Assembly: GCA_016716715.1 (NCBI GenBank)
Contig: JADJVE010000007.1
Location: 125,640-189,639, forward strand
Direction: 5' to 3'
From: Acidobacteriota bacterium
Lineage (GTDB): Bacteria; Acidobacteriota; Thermoanaerobaculia; UBA5066
Length of the DNA stretch: 64,000 nt
The stretch's first letter is position 1. Every line of letters begins with the position of its first letter. This document shows positions 37,213 through 47,757 of the stretch, piece after piece. Under the pieces are notes generated by a model. It was not told the DNA's origin. It did no database searches and saw only the letters and a program-made list of their open reading frames with translations. The position numbers were made by a program, and so were the translations under genes.

Positions 37213-39224
37213 GCCGTTTCGCGCGCCTCGCGCGCGCGGCGGTCCTGGCGGTGGGGGCGGCGTTCGCCCTGCTCGTCGTCCTCTCTTACCGCAAGCCGGG
37301 GGCCCGCACGGAGGGAGCGAAAGACCCGGTGGCCGAGACGCTCCTCGCGGAGGCGAACGGCGCCCGCGACCGCATGCGCTTCCGCGATTTCCAGTACGAC
37401 GAGACGCGCGAGTCCGAGGGGCGCTACCGCGTCACCGCCTCCGAGGCGGTTCGCTTCGACGACCAGGGCAACCGCCTGTTCCGCCTCAAGGACGTCCTGT
37501 TCGAATCTCGCGAGTCGCGGGACGGGCGCACGGTCGCGATCCGCGCGCCGCGCGCCGAGCTCGCGGAGGGTTCGAAGGCTTTCCGGATCTTCGACGGCGT
37601 CGAGGTGGCGGGGGAGGAGATGCGCGTCACCGGGGAGTCCTTCCGGTACGACCCGGCCCGGCGTCTGCTCGCGTCGGACGGGCCCGTCGACGCGACCCGC
37701 GGCGGCCTCGTCGCGAGCGCGAACGCGGGCTCCGTGGACACGCGCGACGGCGTCCTCGTCCTCGACGGCGACGCGAGGCTGCGGGGTCGCGGGGACGAGG
37801 GCCGGCCCGTCGAGCTGCGCGCCCCTCGCGTCCTCGTGGGCCGCAACGGCCGGCTCGAGGCGAGCGGCGGCGCGGTCCTGAAAACGGACCGGTTCGTCCT
37901 CCGGGGAGCGACCTTCGTCCGGGAAGCCACGCCCGAGGGCAGCCACCTCCGGGCGACGACGGACGCCCGGCTCTTCGTGCCGCCGGATCGCGGCCAGCCG
38001 CCGGCCGCCCTGGCGGTCGCCGGCGACGTCCTCGACCTGGCGCTCGACGTACAGGGCCGGCCTGCTGCCTTCGAGGCGAGCGCGGCCGGAGCCGCCCGGC
38101 TGGACCTCGCTCCCGCCGAGACGTCCGGCGCGCGCCGCGCCGAGGCGCCCCGCTTCTCGGGCCGCTTCGAAAACGGCCGCCTCGCCGAGCTGAACGTGCC
38201 CGAGGACCTGCGCACCGCCGAGTCGGCCCGCGCCGGCGGCCCTCCGGGCTCGGGCCTCCGCACGTTCGCGGCCGGCTTCGCGCGCCTCACGTTCGGCCCC
38301 GGCCTCGCGCTCGAGACGGGCACGTTCGAGAAGAACGTCGTCGCGGCGGACGGCACGCGGGCCTCGGTCAAGGCCCCTCACGCGACCTTGCGCGGCCGCG
38401 ACGAGACGGCTGTCTTTTCCGGGGAACCCGGCGCCCCGGCCGACTACCGTGACGAACGCGGGACGATCCGCGCGAAGACGCTCTCGTGGAGCCGCCGGGA
38501 TGAGCGCGTGGACGCGGCCGGCGACGTGAAGGCCACGTACGCGGGCGGCGGGGATCGGCGCGTCGGTCTCCTCGGCAGCGAGAGCACGGCGCCGTTCTTC
38601 ACGGAGTCCGACACGCTCCGGCTCTCGGGCCGGACGTCGAAAGTCCTGCTGACGGGATCGGTTCGCGCGTGGCAGAACGAGAACGTTCTGCGCTGCGGGA
38701 CGCTGGAGCTGGACGACAAGGAGAAGACCCTGCGCGCCGAACAGAACGTCCGCGCGTTCTTCCGCCGGGAGACGGCGCCGGCGAAAGGGAAGGCGGGGAA
38801 GGCCGCGGCGCCCGCGGGATCCGAAACGGTGAACGCCGCGAGCGACGTCCTGACCCACCGGGAGGCCGACCGGTTCGTCCGGCTGGAAGGTCATGCGACG
38901 ATCACGTCCGGGCCCTGGACCATGAACGCCGACGTGACCGACATCCGCCTGAGCGAGACGCGCGCCATCGAGTACGCCGAGGCGCGGGGCGCCGTCGTCG
39001 TCGAGGACCGCGCCGAGCATCGCCGCGGAGAGGGCTCGAAGGCGGTCTGGCGCCCGCTGACGGAGGCCGTGACGCTCGAGGGCTCGCCGGCGACCGCGCT
39101 GGACGGGCGCGGCAACAAGTCCACCGGCGCCGCGCTCACGTTCCGGCAGGGGCGCTCGCAGGTGGACGTCGAGACGGGCGGCAAGGTCCCGACCGAGACC
39201 GTCCTGAGGCCGGAGGGATCGTGA
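37209..39224 (+). CDS. Large LptC/LptA (OstA-like) domain protein, probable periplasmic LPS-transport bridge component
   Basis: N-terminal TM anchor [16 protein letters not shown]. It is long and beta-rich, with OstA-like stretches near the C-terminus ([21 protein letters not shown]..., [14 protein letters not shown]). GTGA overlaps link it to recJ upstream and lptB downstream. The domain assignment is contextual. Confidence 0.5.
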   Translation: MSRFARLARAAVLAVGAAFALLVVLSYRKPGARTEGAKDPVAETLLAEANGARDRMRFRDFQYDETRESEGRYRVTASEAVRFDDQGNRLFRLKDVLFESRESRDGRTVAIRAPRAELAEGSKAFRIFDGVEVAGEEMRVTGESFRYDPARRLLASDGPVDATRGGLVASANAGSVDTRDGVLVLDGDARLRGRGDEGRPVELRAPRVLVGRNGRLEASGGAVLKTDRFVLRGATFVREATPEGSHLRATTDARLFVPPDRGQPPAALAVAGDVLDLALDVQGRPAAFEASAAGAARLDLAPAETSGARRAEAPRFSGRFENGRLAELNVPEDLRTAESARAGGPPGSGLRTFAAGFARLTFGPGLALETGTFEKNVVAADGTRASVKAPHATLRGRDETAVFSGEPGAPADYRDERGTIRAKTLSWSRRDERVDAAGDVKATYAGGGDRRVGLLGSESTAPFFTESDTLRLSGRTSKVLLTGSVRAWQNENVLRCGTLELDDKEKTLRAEQNVRAFFRRETAPAKGKAGKAAAPAGSETVNAASDVLTHREADRFVRLEGHATITSGPWTMNADVTDIRLSETRAIEYAEARGAVVVEDRAEHRRGEGSKAVWRPLTEAVTLEGSPATALDGRGNKSTGAALTFRQGRSQVDVETGGKVPTETVLRPEGS

Positions 39225-39958
39225 GCGACGGCAAGCCGCTGCTCGAAGGGCGGGGCCTGCGCAAGGTCTACCGCGGCCGCACGGTCGTCAACGACGTCAG
39301 CGTCCGCGTGGAGGCCGGCGAGGTCGTCGGCCTTCTCGGGCCGAACGGCGCGGGCAAGACGACGACGTTCTCCATGACGGTCGGGCTCGTGACGCCCGAC
39401 GCGGGCGCGGTCCTCCTCGACGGCGAAGACGTCACGACGCTCCCGATGTTCCGCCGGGCGCGCCGCGGCCTCGGGTACCTTCCGCAGGAGCCGTCGATCT
39501 TCCGCCGCATGACGGCGGTCGAGAACCTTCTGGCCATCCTCGAGACGCTCCCCGGCAGCCGGGCCGGGCGCGAGGAGACGGCGCACGGCCTTCTCGACCG
39601 CTTCAAACTTTCGCACCTCGCGCACTCCGTCGCGGACACGCTCTCGGGCGGCGAGCGGCGGCGCCTCGAGATCGCGCGCGCCCTCACGCTCTCGCCGCGC
39701 TTCATCCTCCTCGACGAGCCGTTCGCCGGCATCGACCCGATCACCGTGCTCGACCTCCAGCAGGTCATCCGGGACCTCGCGACGGCGGGGATCGGGATCC
39801 TGATCACGGACCACAACGTCCGCGACACGCTCGCGATCGTCAATCGCGGCTACATCATCCATTCCGGGACCATCTTCCGGACGGGATCGCCCGAGACCCT
39901 CTCGGCCGACCCGGAGGTCCGGCGGGTCTACCTGGGCGAGAGTTTCCGGCTGGACTGA
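39221..39958 (+). CDS. lptB: LPS export ABC transporter ATP-binding protein LptB
   Basis: [51 protein letters not shown]. Confidence 0.9.
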   Translation: MSDGKPLLEGRGLRKVYRGRTVVNDVSVRVEAGEVVGLLGPNGAGKTTTFSMTVGLVTPDAGAVLLDGEDVTTLPMFRRARRGLGYLPQEPSIFRRMTAVENLLAILETLPGSRAGREETAHGLLDRFKLSHLAHSVADTLSGGERRRLEIARALTLSPRFILLDEPFAGIDPITVLDLQQVIRDLATAGIGILITDHNVRDTLAIVNRGYIIHSGTIFRTGSPETLSADPEVRRVYLGESFRLD

Positions 39959-40037
39959 GGCACGGCGGCTCCGATCGAGGAGGTCAGAGCTAGAATCGTG
40001 CCAAGGTCGGACCCAGAGACGGGGCCGCCGGTTTCAA

Positions 40038-41717
40038 ATGGGACTCGAACAGAAACTTTCGCTGAGGCTCTCGCAGCGCCTGGTCATGACGCCGACGCTG
40101 CAGCAGGCCATCAAGCTGCTGCAGATGACGCGCCTGGAGCTCCAGGACGTGGTGAACCAGGAGCTCGTCTCGAACCCCGTCCTCGACGAGGAAGACCCCG
40201 GGGACGGGTCGACTCCCGACGAGGAGCCGGGCGCCGCCGAGACCCGCGAGATGGATCTCTCCTCCTCGGCCGAGGCGCCCGACGCGGCCCTCGAGGCCGC
40301 CGTCGCCGACGACCGGGAGTTCGCCGCGGCGGCGACCGACGCCGACGCCCGTGCCGAGTCCGCCGAGGCGCTGCCTGCGCCGACGTCCGACGTCTCCGCC
40401 CCGGAACCGGTGGTCGACTCGTCCACGGGCGCCACGGACGATCCGTTCTCCGACCTCGAGCTCGAGGCGTACTTCGGCGACTACATGGAAGGCACGGCGA
40501 CGGCGCCGCGCATGAGCGAGGAGGCCGAGGAGTTCTCGCTCGAGAACCGGCCCGAGTCGCCGCCCGGTCTCGAGCCCCACCTGACGGAGCAGCTCGGCGT
40601 TTCGGACGCGCCGCCCGACGTGCGCGAGGCCTGCGGATTCCTGATCGGCAACGTGGACCCCGACGGCTGTCTGCGCGTGACGCTCGAGGAGGTCTCCCTG
40701 GCGGTCCCGTGCCCTCTCGAGACGGCGGAAAAGGCGCTCGCGCTGCTCCAGTCGTTCGACCCCGTCGGCGTCGGCGGACGCAGCCTCGCCGAGATCCTCC
40801 TCCTGCAGGCGCGGGCCGCGAACGTCGCGACGCCGCTCCTCGTCGAGCTCGTCACCCAGCGCTTCGCCGAGCTGGGTTCGAAGCCCCCGGCCCTCCTCGC
40901 GCGCCAGATGGGCGTGCCCGTGGAGAACATCCAGCAGGCCCTCGAGTGGATCCGCAAGCTGGACCCGAAGCCCGGCCGCCGCTACGACTCGACTCGCACG
41001 ATCTACGTCGAGCCCGACGTGGCCGTCGTGAAGGTCGAGGACGACTACATCGTCGTGTTCAACGACGACGGGCTGCCGCGCCTGAAGGTGTCGGCGCTCT
41101 ACCGGCGGATGCTCCTCTCGCGCGACGGGAATCTCGACGGCGAGGGGAAGAGCTACCTGCGCGAGAAGATGCGCGCCGCCCAGTGGCTCCTCAAGAGCCT
41201 CGACCAGAGGAAGCGCACGATCGTGCGGGTCGCCGAGTCGATCGTGAAGAAGCAGCGCGACTTCCTCGACTGGGGCGTGGCGCACCTCAAGCCGCTCGTC
41301 CTCCGCGACGTGGCCGAGGACATCGGGATGCACGAGAGCACCGTCTCCCGCGTCGTCTCCAACAAGTGGATGGCGACGCCGCGCGGCCTCGTGCCGATGA
41401 AGTTCTTCTTCCACTCGGCGATCGCCTCGACGGCGGGAGAGGACGTCTCGTCCCTCGCGGTGAAGAACAAGATCCGCGGCCTCATCGAGGCCGAGGACGC
41501 CGCCCATCCGCTCTCGGACGCCCGGCTCGCCGAGCTGCTCGCTCACGAGGGAATCCAGATCGCCCGCCGGACGGTCGCGAAGTACCGCGAGGAGCTCCGA
41601 ATTCCGCCAAGCTCGATCCGCCGCACGGGCGAAACGTCGCCGGCGCCGGCGCCTCCCGAGATCGCGGACGAGCCCGCGGAGACCCCAGGGGAGCCTTCCG
41701 AACAGGAGGAGCCATGA
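40038..41717 (+). CDS. rpoN: RNA polymerase sigma-54 factor
   Basis: MGLEQKLSLRLSQRLVMTPTLQQAIKLLQM region I. RpoN box ARRTVAKYRE near the C-terminus. Confidence 0.9.
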   Translation: MGLEQKLSLRLSQRLVMTPTLQQAIKLLQMTRLELQDVVNQELVSNPVLDEEDPGDGSTPDEEPGAAETREMDLSSSAEAPDAALEAAVADDREFAAAATDADARAESAEALPAPTSDVSAPEPVVDSSTGATDDPFSDLELEAYFGDYMEGTATAPRMSEEAEEFSLENRPESPPGLEPHLTEQLGVSDAPPDVREACGFLIGNVDPDGCLRVTLEEVSLAVPCPLETAEKALALLQSFDPVGVGGRSLAEILLLQARAANVATPLLVELVTQRFAELGSKPPALLARQMGVPVENIQQALEWIRKLDPKPGRRYDSTRTIYVEPDVAVVKVEDDYIVVFNDDGLPRLKVSALYRRMLLSRDGNLDGEGKSYLREKMRAAQWLLKSLDQRKRTIVRVAESIVKKQRDFLDWGVAHLKPLVLRDVAEDIGMHESTVSRVVSNKWMATPRGLVPMKFFFHSAIASTAGEDVSSLAVKNKIRGLIEAEDAAHPLSDARLAELLAHEGIQIARRTVAKYREELRIPPSSIRRTGETSPAPAPPEIADEPAETPGEPSEQEEP

Positions 41718-42253
41718 GGACCACCTTCATCGCGCGCAACATCCGAATCCACTCCGGGGTCCGCGAAGAGGTCGAGACGAAGCTCTCCCGGCTCGAGCGG
41801 GTGCTCCCGCCTCGCGCCCAGGTGCGGGTCGTGGTGACCGCCGGCAAGAAGGACGTCGAGGTCGAGGTGACCGTCGCGGACAAGACCCGCACGATCACGG
41901 CGGCCGCGCGCGGCGCCGACCAGCGCACGGCCGCGCAGGCCGCAATGGAGAAGCTTGCAGGCCAGGTCCGCAAGACGAAGTCGATCCTGAAGGAGTCCAA
42001 GAAGCACCGCCCGTCGGGCGTCCGTGGCGCCGAGCCCTGGACCGCTCCCACGCCGGAGCCCGCGCCGCGGGCGGTTCCCGGTCCCAAGCGCGAGACCGTG
42101 AGTCCAAGGGCGATGTTCGAGGAGGACGCCCTCACGCACTTCGCGGCCTCGAAGCGCGAGTTCATGGTGTTCCGCGACGCGGGATCCGGGCATCAGATCC
42201 GGTTCCTCTACCGGCGGCGCGACGGGGGTTTCCACCTCGTCGTGCCCGAATAG
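41714..42253 (+). CDS. hpf: Ribosome hibernation promoting factor, long form
   Basis: IRIHSGVREEVETKLSRLER N-terminal S30AE domain, then the C-terminal dimerisation segment FMVFRDAGSGHQIRFLYRRRDGGFHLVVPE. ATGA overlap with rpoN. Confidence 0.85.
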   Translation: MRTTFIARNIRIHSGVREEVETKLSRLERVLPPRAQVRVVVTAGKKDVEVEVTVADKTRTITAAARGADQRTAAQAAMEKLAGQVRKTKSILKESKKHRPSGVRGAEPWTAPTPEPAPRAVPGPKRETVSPRAMFEEDALTHFAASKREFMVFRDAGSGHQIRFLYRRRDGGFHLVVPE

Positions 42254-42255
42254 CC

Positions 42256-43275
42256 GTGCGCGACCCGTCCGAGCTGCGGGCGCCTCTCGTCCGGTCCATC
42301 GACCTCAGATCGCCGGTCCTCGCGTCCCTGAACCTCAAGCTCGTCGCGGGCCACCAGGGCCTTCAGCGCCCCATCGACTGGCCGCGCGTCCAGAAGCCCG
42401 GGCTCGCGATCGCGGGCTTCCTCGACTACGTGAAGGAAAACCGCGTCCAGATCCTCGGCGCGTCCGAGTTCAACTATCTCAAGACGCTGCCGCCCTCGGT
42501 CGTGCGCGAAAGGCTCGACGCGTTCACGAAGCTTCCGCTCTCGGCCGTCGTCGTCACGAAGGGGATCCACCCCGGCCCCGTCCTCACGGGTCTCTGCCGC
42601 CGCCGCCACATCCCGCTCTTCACGACCGAGCGGCTCACGAGCGTCGTCATCGAGGGCCTCACGGCGTTCCTCGAGGAGTCTCTCGCGCCGCGCGCGACCC
42701 TGCACGGTGTCCTCATGGAGGTCGGCGGACTCGGGACGCTTCTCCTCGGCGACTCCGGCGTCGGCAAGAGCGAGTGCGCGCTCTCTCTCGTCCAGCGCGG
42801 CCACCGCCTCGTCGCGGACGACCTCGTCGTCGTCCAGCGCTTCCCGAACGACGTCCTGATCGGCTCGTCGTCCGGCCTCATCCGGCACCACATGGAGCTG
42901 CGCGGCCTCGGCATCGTGAACGTGCCGATGCTCTTTGGCGTCGCGGCCGTCCTCGAGCGCCACACCGTCGAATTCGTCATCCAGCTCCAGGACTGGAACG
43001 AGCAGACCGAGGTCGACCGCCTCGGCCTCGACGAGGAGTTCGAGGAGATCCTCGGCGTCCAGGTGCCCCGGGTGAGGATGCCCGTCGCGACGGGCCGCGA
43101 CGTCGCGCTCCTCGTCGAGATCGCGGCTCGCAACCAGCTCCTGAAGCGCCGCGGGTTCAACGCGGCCCGGGAGATCGCCCAGAAGGTCCACGACGAGATC
43201 GTCCGCAAGGCGGCCGCCGACCACGTCGGGAGGCGCGCGAAGAGGAAGCTCACGGCCCGGGAGCGCGAACGGTGA
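42256..43275 (+). CDS. hprK: HPr kinase/phosphorylase
   Basis: GVLMEVGGLGTLLLGDSGVGKSECALSLVQRGHRLVADD, MELRGLGIVNV. Confidence 0.85.
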   Translation: MRDPSELRAPLVRSIDLRSPVLASLNLKLVAGHQGLQRPIDWPRVQKPGLAIAGFLDYVKENRVQILGASEFNYLKTLPPSVVRERLDAFTKLPLSAVVVTKGIHPGPVLTGLCRRRHIPLFTTERLTSVVIEGLTAFLEESLAPRATLHGVLMEVGGLGTLLLGDSGVGKSECALSLVQRGHRLVADDLVVVQRFPNDVLIGSSSGLIRHHMELRGLGIVNVPMLFGVAAVLERHTVEFVIQLQDWNEQTEVDRLGLDEEFEEILGVQVPRVRMPVATGRDVALLVEIAARNQLLKRRGFNAAREIAQKVHDEIVRKAAADHVGRRAKRKLTARERER

Positions 43276-44138
43276 GTGAAGGGAATCGCCTCGTCATCGC
43301 GACGGGGCTCTCGGGATCCGGGAAGAGCTACGTCGCGCACGCGCTCGAGGACATCGGCTACGCGACGGTCGACAACCTTCCGCTGTCGCTCCTGGAGGAG
43401 TACGTCGGCGAGGTCGCGGCCGACCGCACGCCGCGCCGGCGCAACGCCGTCGTCCTGGACGTCCGGAACCCGGATTTCGCGACGCGCTTCCCGGAGCTCC
43501 TCGAGACGCTCCGCGCGCGCCTTCCGATCACCGTCGTCTTCCTCGACTGCGAGGCGAAGTGCCTTCTGAACCGCTTCTCGGAGACGCGCCGCCCGCACCC
43601 GCTCGGCGAGGGCCGGTCCGTGGCCGAGGCCGTGGCCTACGAGCGACGCCTCCTCGCCGAAGTCAAGGCGAAAGCCGACCTCGTGATCGACACGACGGTC
43701 ATGACCGTTCACGAGCTGCGCGCTGCGGTCGCGCAGCACTTTCGCGAGCCCGGGGACCCCGGAGTCCTGGCGGTGTCGCTCGTCTCGTTCGGGTTCAAGC
43801 ACGGACTCCCCGCGGCTCTCGACCTCTGCTTCGACGTGCGGTTCCTCGCGAACCCGCACTTCGACGCGCGCCTCCGTCCGCTCACCGGAAAGGACGCCGA
43901 GGTGGCGCGATTCGTCGAGGCCGGCGAGCTGACCGAGCCGTTCTACCGGCACCTCGCCGGATTCCTGGCATTCTGCCTTCCCAACTACCGGCGCGAGAAC
44001 CGCGCGTACCTCACGATCGGGATCGGCTGCACGGGCGGGCGTCACCGCTCGGTCTACGTGGCCGAGCGACTCGCGCGCGACCTGACCGCGATGGGGTACC
44101 CCGTGCGGGTCTCGCACCGTGACGAGGCGCTCGACTGA
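43272..44138 (+). CDS. rapZ: RNase adapter protein RapZ
   Basis: LVIATGLSGSGKSYVAHALEDIGYATVDNLP, FGFKHGLP, DVRFLANPHF, IGCTGGRHRSV. Confidence 0.85.
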   Translation: MSEGNRLVIATGLSGSGKSYVAHALEDIGYATVDNLPLSLLEEYVGEVAADRTPRRRNAVVLDVRNPDFATRFPELLETLRARLPITVVFLDCEAKCLLNRFSETRRPHPLGEGRSVAEAVAYERRLLAEVKAKADLVIDTTVMTVHELRAAVAQHFREPGDPGVLAVSLVSFGFKHGLPAALDLCFDVRFLANPHFDARLRPLTGKDAEVARFVEAGELTEPFYRHLAGFLAFCLPNYRRENRAYLTIGIGCTGGRHRSVYVAERLARDLTAMGYPVRVSHRDEALD

Positions 44139-44139
44139 C

Positions 44140-44583
44140 ATGACTGCACCGGCCGGTCCCGCCGTGGGCCTCATCCTCCTGTCGCACGGACCGCTCGCGA
44201 ACGCCCTGCGCGAGACCGTCCACATGCTCGAGCCCGAAGAGCCGGACGAAATCGGCGCCCTTTCCCTCGCGTGGGACGAGGCGACCGAAGCCGCCACGCG
44301 CCGCCTCGAGAAGGCGATCGCCGGCCACGACCGGGGCCGCGGGGTCGTGATTCTCACGGACATGTTCGGCGGAACTCCGTCCAACCTCGCGCTCGCGTTT
44401 CTCGAGCCGGGCAAGGTGGAGATCGTGTCGGGCATCAACCTTCCGATGGTCGTGAAGGCCCGCGCTCTCGCCCGCGAGGGCAAGAGCGCCCGCGAGATCG
44501 CCCACGTGCTCGTGGAACGCGGCCGGCGCGCGATCGTCGCCGCCGCCGAGCTCGTGGACGGCGCCGCGAAGGGCAAGCCTTGA
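44140..44583 (+). CDS. PTS EIIA component, mannose/fructose family
   Basis: VGLILLSHGPLANAL and VILTDMFGGTPSN. An alternative GTG at 44119 overlaps rapZ. Confidence 0.75.
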   Translation: MTAPAGPAVGLILLSHGPLANALRETVHMLEPEEPDEIGALSLAWDEATEAATRRLEKAIAGHDRGRGVVILTDMFGGTPSNLALAFLEPGKVEIVSGINLPMVVKARALAREGKSAREIAHVLVERGRRAIVAAAELVDGAAKGKP

Positions 44584-44849
44584 AGGAAGAGGTCCTGACG
44601 CTCCGGAACCGACTCGGTCTCCACGCCCGCGCGGCCGCCAAGTTCGTCCACGCCGCGGCGAATTTCGAGTCGAAGATCACGATCACGAAGGACGGCGACG
44701 AGGTGGACGGCAAGAGCATCCTCGGCCTGCTGCTTCTCGCCGCGGGGAAGGGCACGCCTCTTCTCGTGAGGGCCGAGGGGCCCGACGAGGACCGGGCGCT
44801 GGCGGCGCTGCGTGACCTCGTCGACCGCCGCTTCGATGAAGCCGAGTAG
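44580..44849 (+). CDS. ptsH: HPr family phosphocarrier protein
   Basis: NRLGLHARAAAKFV (active-site His), DGKSILGLLLLAA (regulatory Ser). TTGA overlap with EIIA. Confidence 0.8.
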   Translation: MKEEVLTLRNRLGLHARAAAKFVHAAANFESKITITKDGDEVDGKSILGLLLLAAGKGTPLLVRAEGPDEDRALAALRDLVDRRFDEAE

Positions 44850-44870
44850 GCGCCCCGCTACAATAGGAAG

Positions 44871-46661
44871 GTGAAGCGTCCCCTTTCGTTGACCGGCATC
44901 GCGGTTTCCCCCGGCGTGGCCGTGGGTCGTGCGGTGCTCTGGGTCTCGCGCGAGGACACGTCGCCGCGGCGCACGCTCGAGCCCGAGGAGATCCCGGGCG
45001 AGATCGAGCGCTTCCGGCGCGCGGCGCAGGCCTCCGTCGCCGAGATCGAGGAGACCGCGCGCCACGTCAAGGAGCGGCTCGGCTCCGAGTACGCCGGAAT
45101 CTTCCACGCCCACGCGCTCTTCCTGCAGGACAAGGCCTTCGTCGGCCCCGTCGAGCGCCGCATCGTGCACGACGCCGCCAACGCCGAGTGGGCGGTCGCG
45201 CAGACCACGGAGGACCTCGTGGCGCGCTTCCGGAGCCTTCCAGACGAGAGCCTGAGGGACCGGGCCTCCGATCTCGACGACGTCTCGCGCGTCCTGCGCC
45301 GCCACCTCGGCGGCGAGGAACAGTCGCGCCTGAAGATGAGCGACCTTGCGGGCGAGGCCATCGTCCTCGTCGCGGACGAGCTCACGCCCTCGGACGCGGT
45401 TCGCATTCCGCGCGACCGGGTCATCGCGTTCGTCACGGAGCGCGGCGGCAAGACGTCCCACGCGGCGATCCTCGCGCGCTCCTTCGGCCTTCCGGCGGTC
45501 GTCGCGGTCCACGGCCTCCTCACGGCCGTGGGGGACGGCGACCGGGTCGTCGTGGACGGACGCGACGGGGTCGTGTGGCGCGAGCCCTCCGAGGACATCG
45601 TTTCCCTTTTCCGCGACCGGCGCGACTCCGAGGCCCGCCGCGAGCTTTCCCTCAAGGAGCGGGCGCTCTCCGGCCCCGCGCACTCGGCCGACGGGACGCC
45701 CGTCGAGATCCGCGCGAACATCGAGCTCACGAGCGAGATCCCGGACGTCGTCGGCTACGGCGCGGACGGCGTCGGCCTCTTCCGCTCGGAGTTTCTCTAC
45801 CTCTCCAAGGAGGGCGTCGAGTTCCCGAGCGAGGAGGAGCAGGCGGCCGTCTACCGCGAGGTCGTCGCGGGCATCGCGCCGCGGCCGGTCGTGATCCGCA
45901 CGTACGACCTCGGCGGGAAGAAGGGCGCGCGCCACCTCGTCGGCGCCGAGGAGATCAACCCCGTCCTCGGCCTGAGGGGCGTGCGCCTCTGCTTCGCCCG
46001 GCCCGAGATGTTCATGACGCAGCTTCGGGCGCTGCTCTCGGCCGCGAACGCGGGCGACCTCCGGATCCTCGTCCCGATGGTCTCCAGCGTCGAGGAGTTC
46101 CGCCGCGTGCGCGAGATGGTGAAGGAGGCGCGAGAGCAGGTGCTCGCGAAGGGCATCGCGGTGCCCGACGACATCCCGGTCGGCGCGATGATCGAGGTTC
46201 CCTCGGCGGCCATCACGGCCGACCTCCTCGCTCCGGAGACCGACTTTCTCGCGCTCGGGACGAACGACCTCATCCAGTACACGCTCGCCGTCGACCGCTC
46301 GAACGAGACCGTCTCCGAGCTCTTCCGCCCGACCCACCCAGCGGTCCTGCGCCTCATCGCGCAGGTCGCGGGGGCGGCGCAGGCGGCGCGCAAGCCGCTC
46401 TCGGTCTGCGGCGAGATGGCGGCCGACCCCGCGCTCATGCTGCTGTTCCTCGGCTTCGGGATCCGCGAGTTCTCGATGGGCGCGCGGTCCGTGCCCATCC
46501 TGAAGGACTTCGTGCGCGGCGTGAACGTTGCCGACGCGGCGCGCATCGCGAAGGCCGCGCTGTCGCTCTCGACGGCCGACGAGGTGTCCTCGCTGCTCGC
46601 CCAGGAGCTGCGCAGCCTGCCGGCGGGGGAGCCCCTGCGGCGGGTGGAGATGTCCGCGTGA
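44871..46661 (+). CDS. ptsI: Phosphoenolpyruvate--protein phosphotransferase (PTS enzyme I)
   Basis: GIAVSPGVAVGRA, ERGGKTSHAAILARSFGLPAV, GVGLFRSEFLY, GTNDLIQYTLAVDR. Confidence 0.9.
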   Translation: MKRPLSLTGIAVSPGVAVGRAVLWVSREDTSPRRTLEPEEIPGEIERFRRAAQASVAEIEETARHVKERLGSEYAGIFHAHALFLQDKAFVGPVERRIVHDAANAEWAVAQTTEDLVARFRSLPDESLRDRASDLDDVSRVLRRHLGGEEQSRLKMSDLAGEAIVLVADELTPSDAVRIPRDRVIAFVTERGGKTSHAAILARSFGLPAVVAVHGLLTAVGDGDRVVVDGRDGVVWREPSEDIVSLFRDRRDSEARRELSLKERALSGPAHSADGTPVEIRANIELTSEIPDVVGYGADGVGLFRSEFLYLSKEGVEFPSEEEQAAVYREVVAGIAPRPVVIRTYDLGGKKGARHLVGAEEINPVLGLRGVRLCFARPEMFMTQLRALLSAANAGDLRILVPMVSSVEEFRRVREMVKEAREQVLAKGIAVPDDIPVGAMIEVPSAAITADLLAPETDFLALGTNDLIQYTLAVDRSNETVSELFRPTHPAVLRLIAQVAGAAQAARKPLSVCGEMAADPALMLLFLGFGIREFSMGARSVPILKDFVRGVNVADAARIAKAALSLSTADEVSSLLAQELRSLPAGEPLRRVEMSA

Positions 46662-47035
46662 CCCTCGGCACGAGCCGCCCCCGCGTCGTCCCCAAGCCCT
46701 GGGGCGAGGAGCGGATCTTCGCGGAGACCGGCCGCTACGCCGGGAAACTCCTCGTGATCCGCAAGGGCGAATCGCTTTCCTACCAGTACCACGTCCGTAA
46801 GGAAGAGACGATCCACGTCCTCGACGGCGTGCTCGGCCTCCAGCTCGAGAGGGACGGAGAGGCGGCCGATCTGCGCGTCCCGCCCGGCGAAACCTTCCAC
46901 GTCACTCCCGGGACCCGCCACCGGATGTACGCACCCGAGGGCGACTGCCTTCTCGTCGAGGTTTCGACGCCCGAGCTCGACGACGTCGTGCGCCTCGACG
47001 ACCGCTACGGACGCGCGGGGACGTCGGCCCCATGA
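46658..47035 (+). CDS. Cupin domain protein (type II phosphomannose-isomerase-like C-terminal domain)
   Basis: KPWGEERIFAETGRYAGKLLVIRKGESLSYQYHVRKEETIHVLDG. GTGA overlap with ptsI. Confidence 0.7.
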   Translation: MTLGTSRPRVVPKPWGEERIFAETGRYAGKLLVIRKGESLSYQYHVRKEETIHVLDGVLGLQLERDGEAADLRVPPGETFHVTPGTRHRMYAPEGDCLLVEVSTPELDDVVRLDDRYGRAGTSAP

Positions 47036-47736
47036 CGCGTCGCGCCGTTCCCGAAGTCCTGGCGGTGGTTCTGTTCGCGGCCGCAGCCGCGACCGCCCAG
47101 ACGCCGGCGTTCTCCGGCCTGTCGCCGACGCCCACGCCTCCGGCGGCGACGAGCGGCGAGGGCACGCCGGACCCGACACCGGCCCCGAAGCTCAAGGGCG
47201 TCGCGGGCCCCCCGACCGAGGCCGGGCGCTCCGGCCAGTCGCTCGCGGACGTCGTCCGCGTCTCGAAGGAGGCGCGGAAGGACCAGAAGCCGAAGAAGTC
47301 CCTCGGAACGATCACGAACGAGACGCTGCACAAGGGAGGCTCCACGACCGCGGTGACCGCGAAGGGCCCGTCGAAGACCCCGGCTGCGTCCGCGGCGCGG
47401 AAGGAGCCGACGCCCGCGCCCACGTACGACGTGCCCCGCGACGACCAGGGCCGCAGCGAAGCGCAGTGGAAGGCGACGATGGACCACGCGCGCTCCCTCG
47501 TGCAGGACGGCGAGCGGCGCGTGAGGGAGCTCGAGACCAAATCCAAGCAGCTCGAGAACGACTTCTACGCGCAGAGCGACGGCTATCGCCGCGACGGCGT
47601 CATCAAGCCCGCGTGGGACAAGTCGCGCGACGAACTCGCGAAGGCTCGCGTCGACCTCGACGCCGCGCGCAAGTCGCTCGAGGACCTGTCCGACGAGGCC
47701 CGGCGCTCGAACGCCTCGCCCGGCTGGCTCCGCTGA
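47032..47736 (+). CDS. Secreted hypothetical protein with Pro/Thr-rich linker and coiled-coil C-terminus
   Basis: Signal peptide VLAVVLFAAAAATAQTPA. ATGA overlap with the upstream gene. No family motif. Confidence 0.55.
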   Translation: MTRRAVPEVLAVVLFAAAAATAQTPAFSGLSPTPTPPAATSGEGTPDPTPAPKLKGVAGPPTEAGRSGQSLADVVRVSKEARKDQKPKKSLGTITNETLHKGGSTTAVTAKGPSKTPAASAARKEPTPAPTYDVPRDDQGRSEAQWKATMDHARSLVQDGERRVRELETKSKQLENDFYAQSDGYRRDGVIKPAWDKSRDELAKARVDLDAARKSLEDLSDEARRSNASPGWLR

Positions 47737-47757
47737 CGCCCTGCTAATCTTCGGGCC

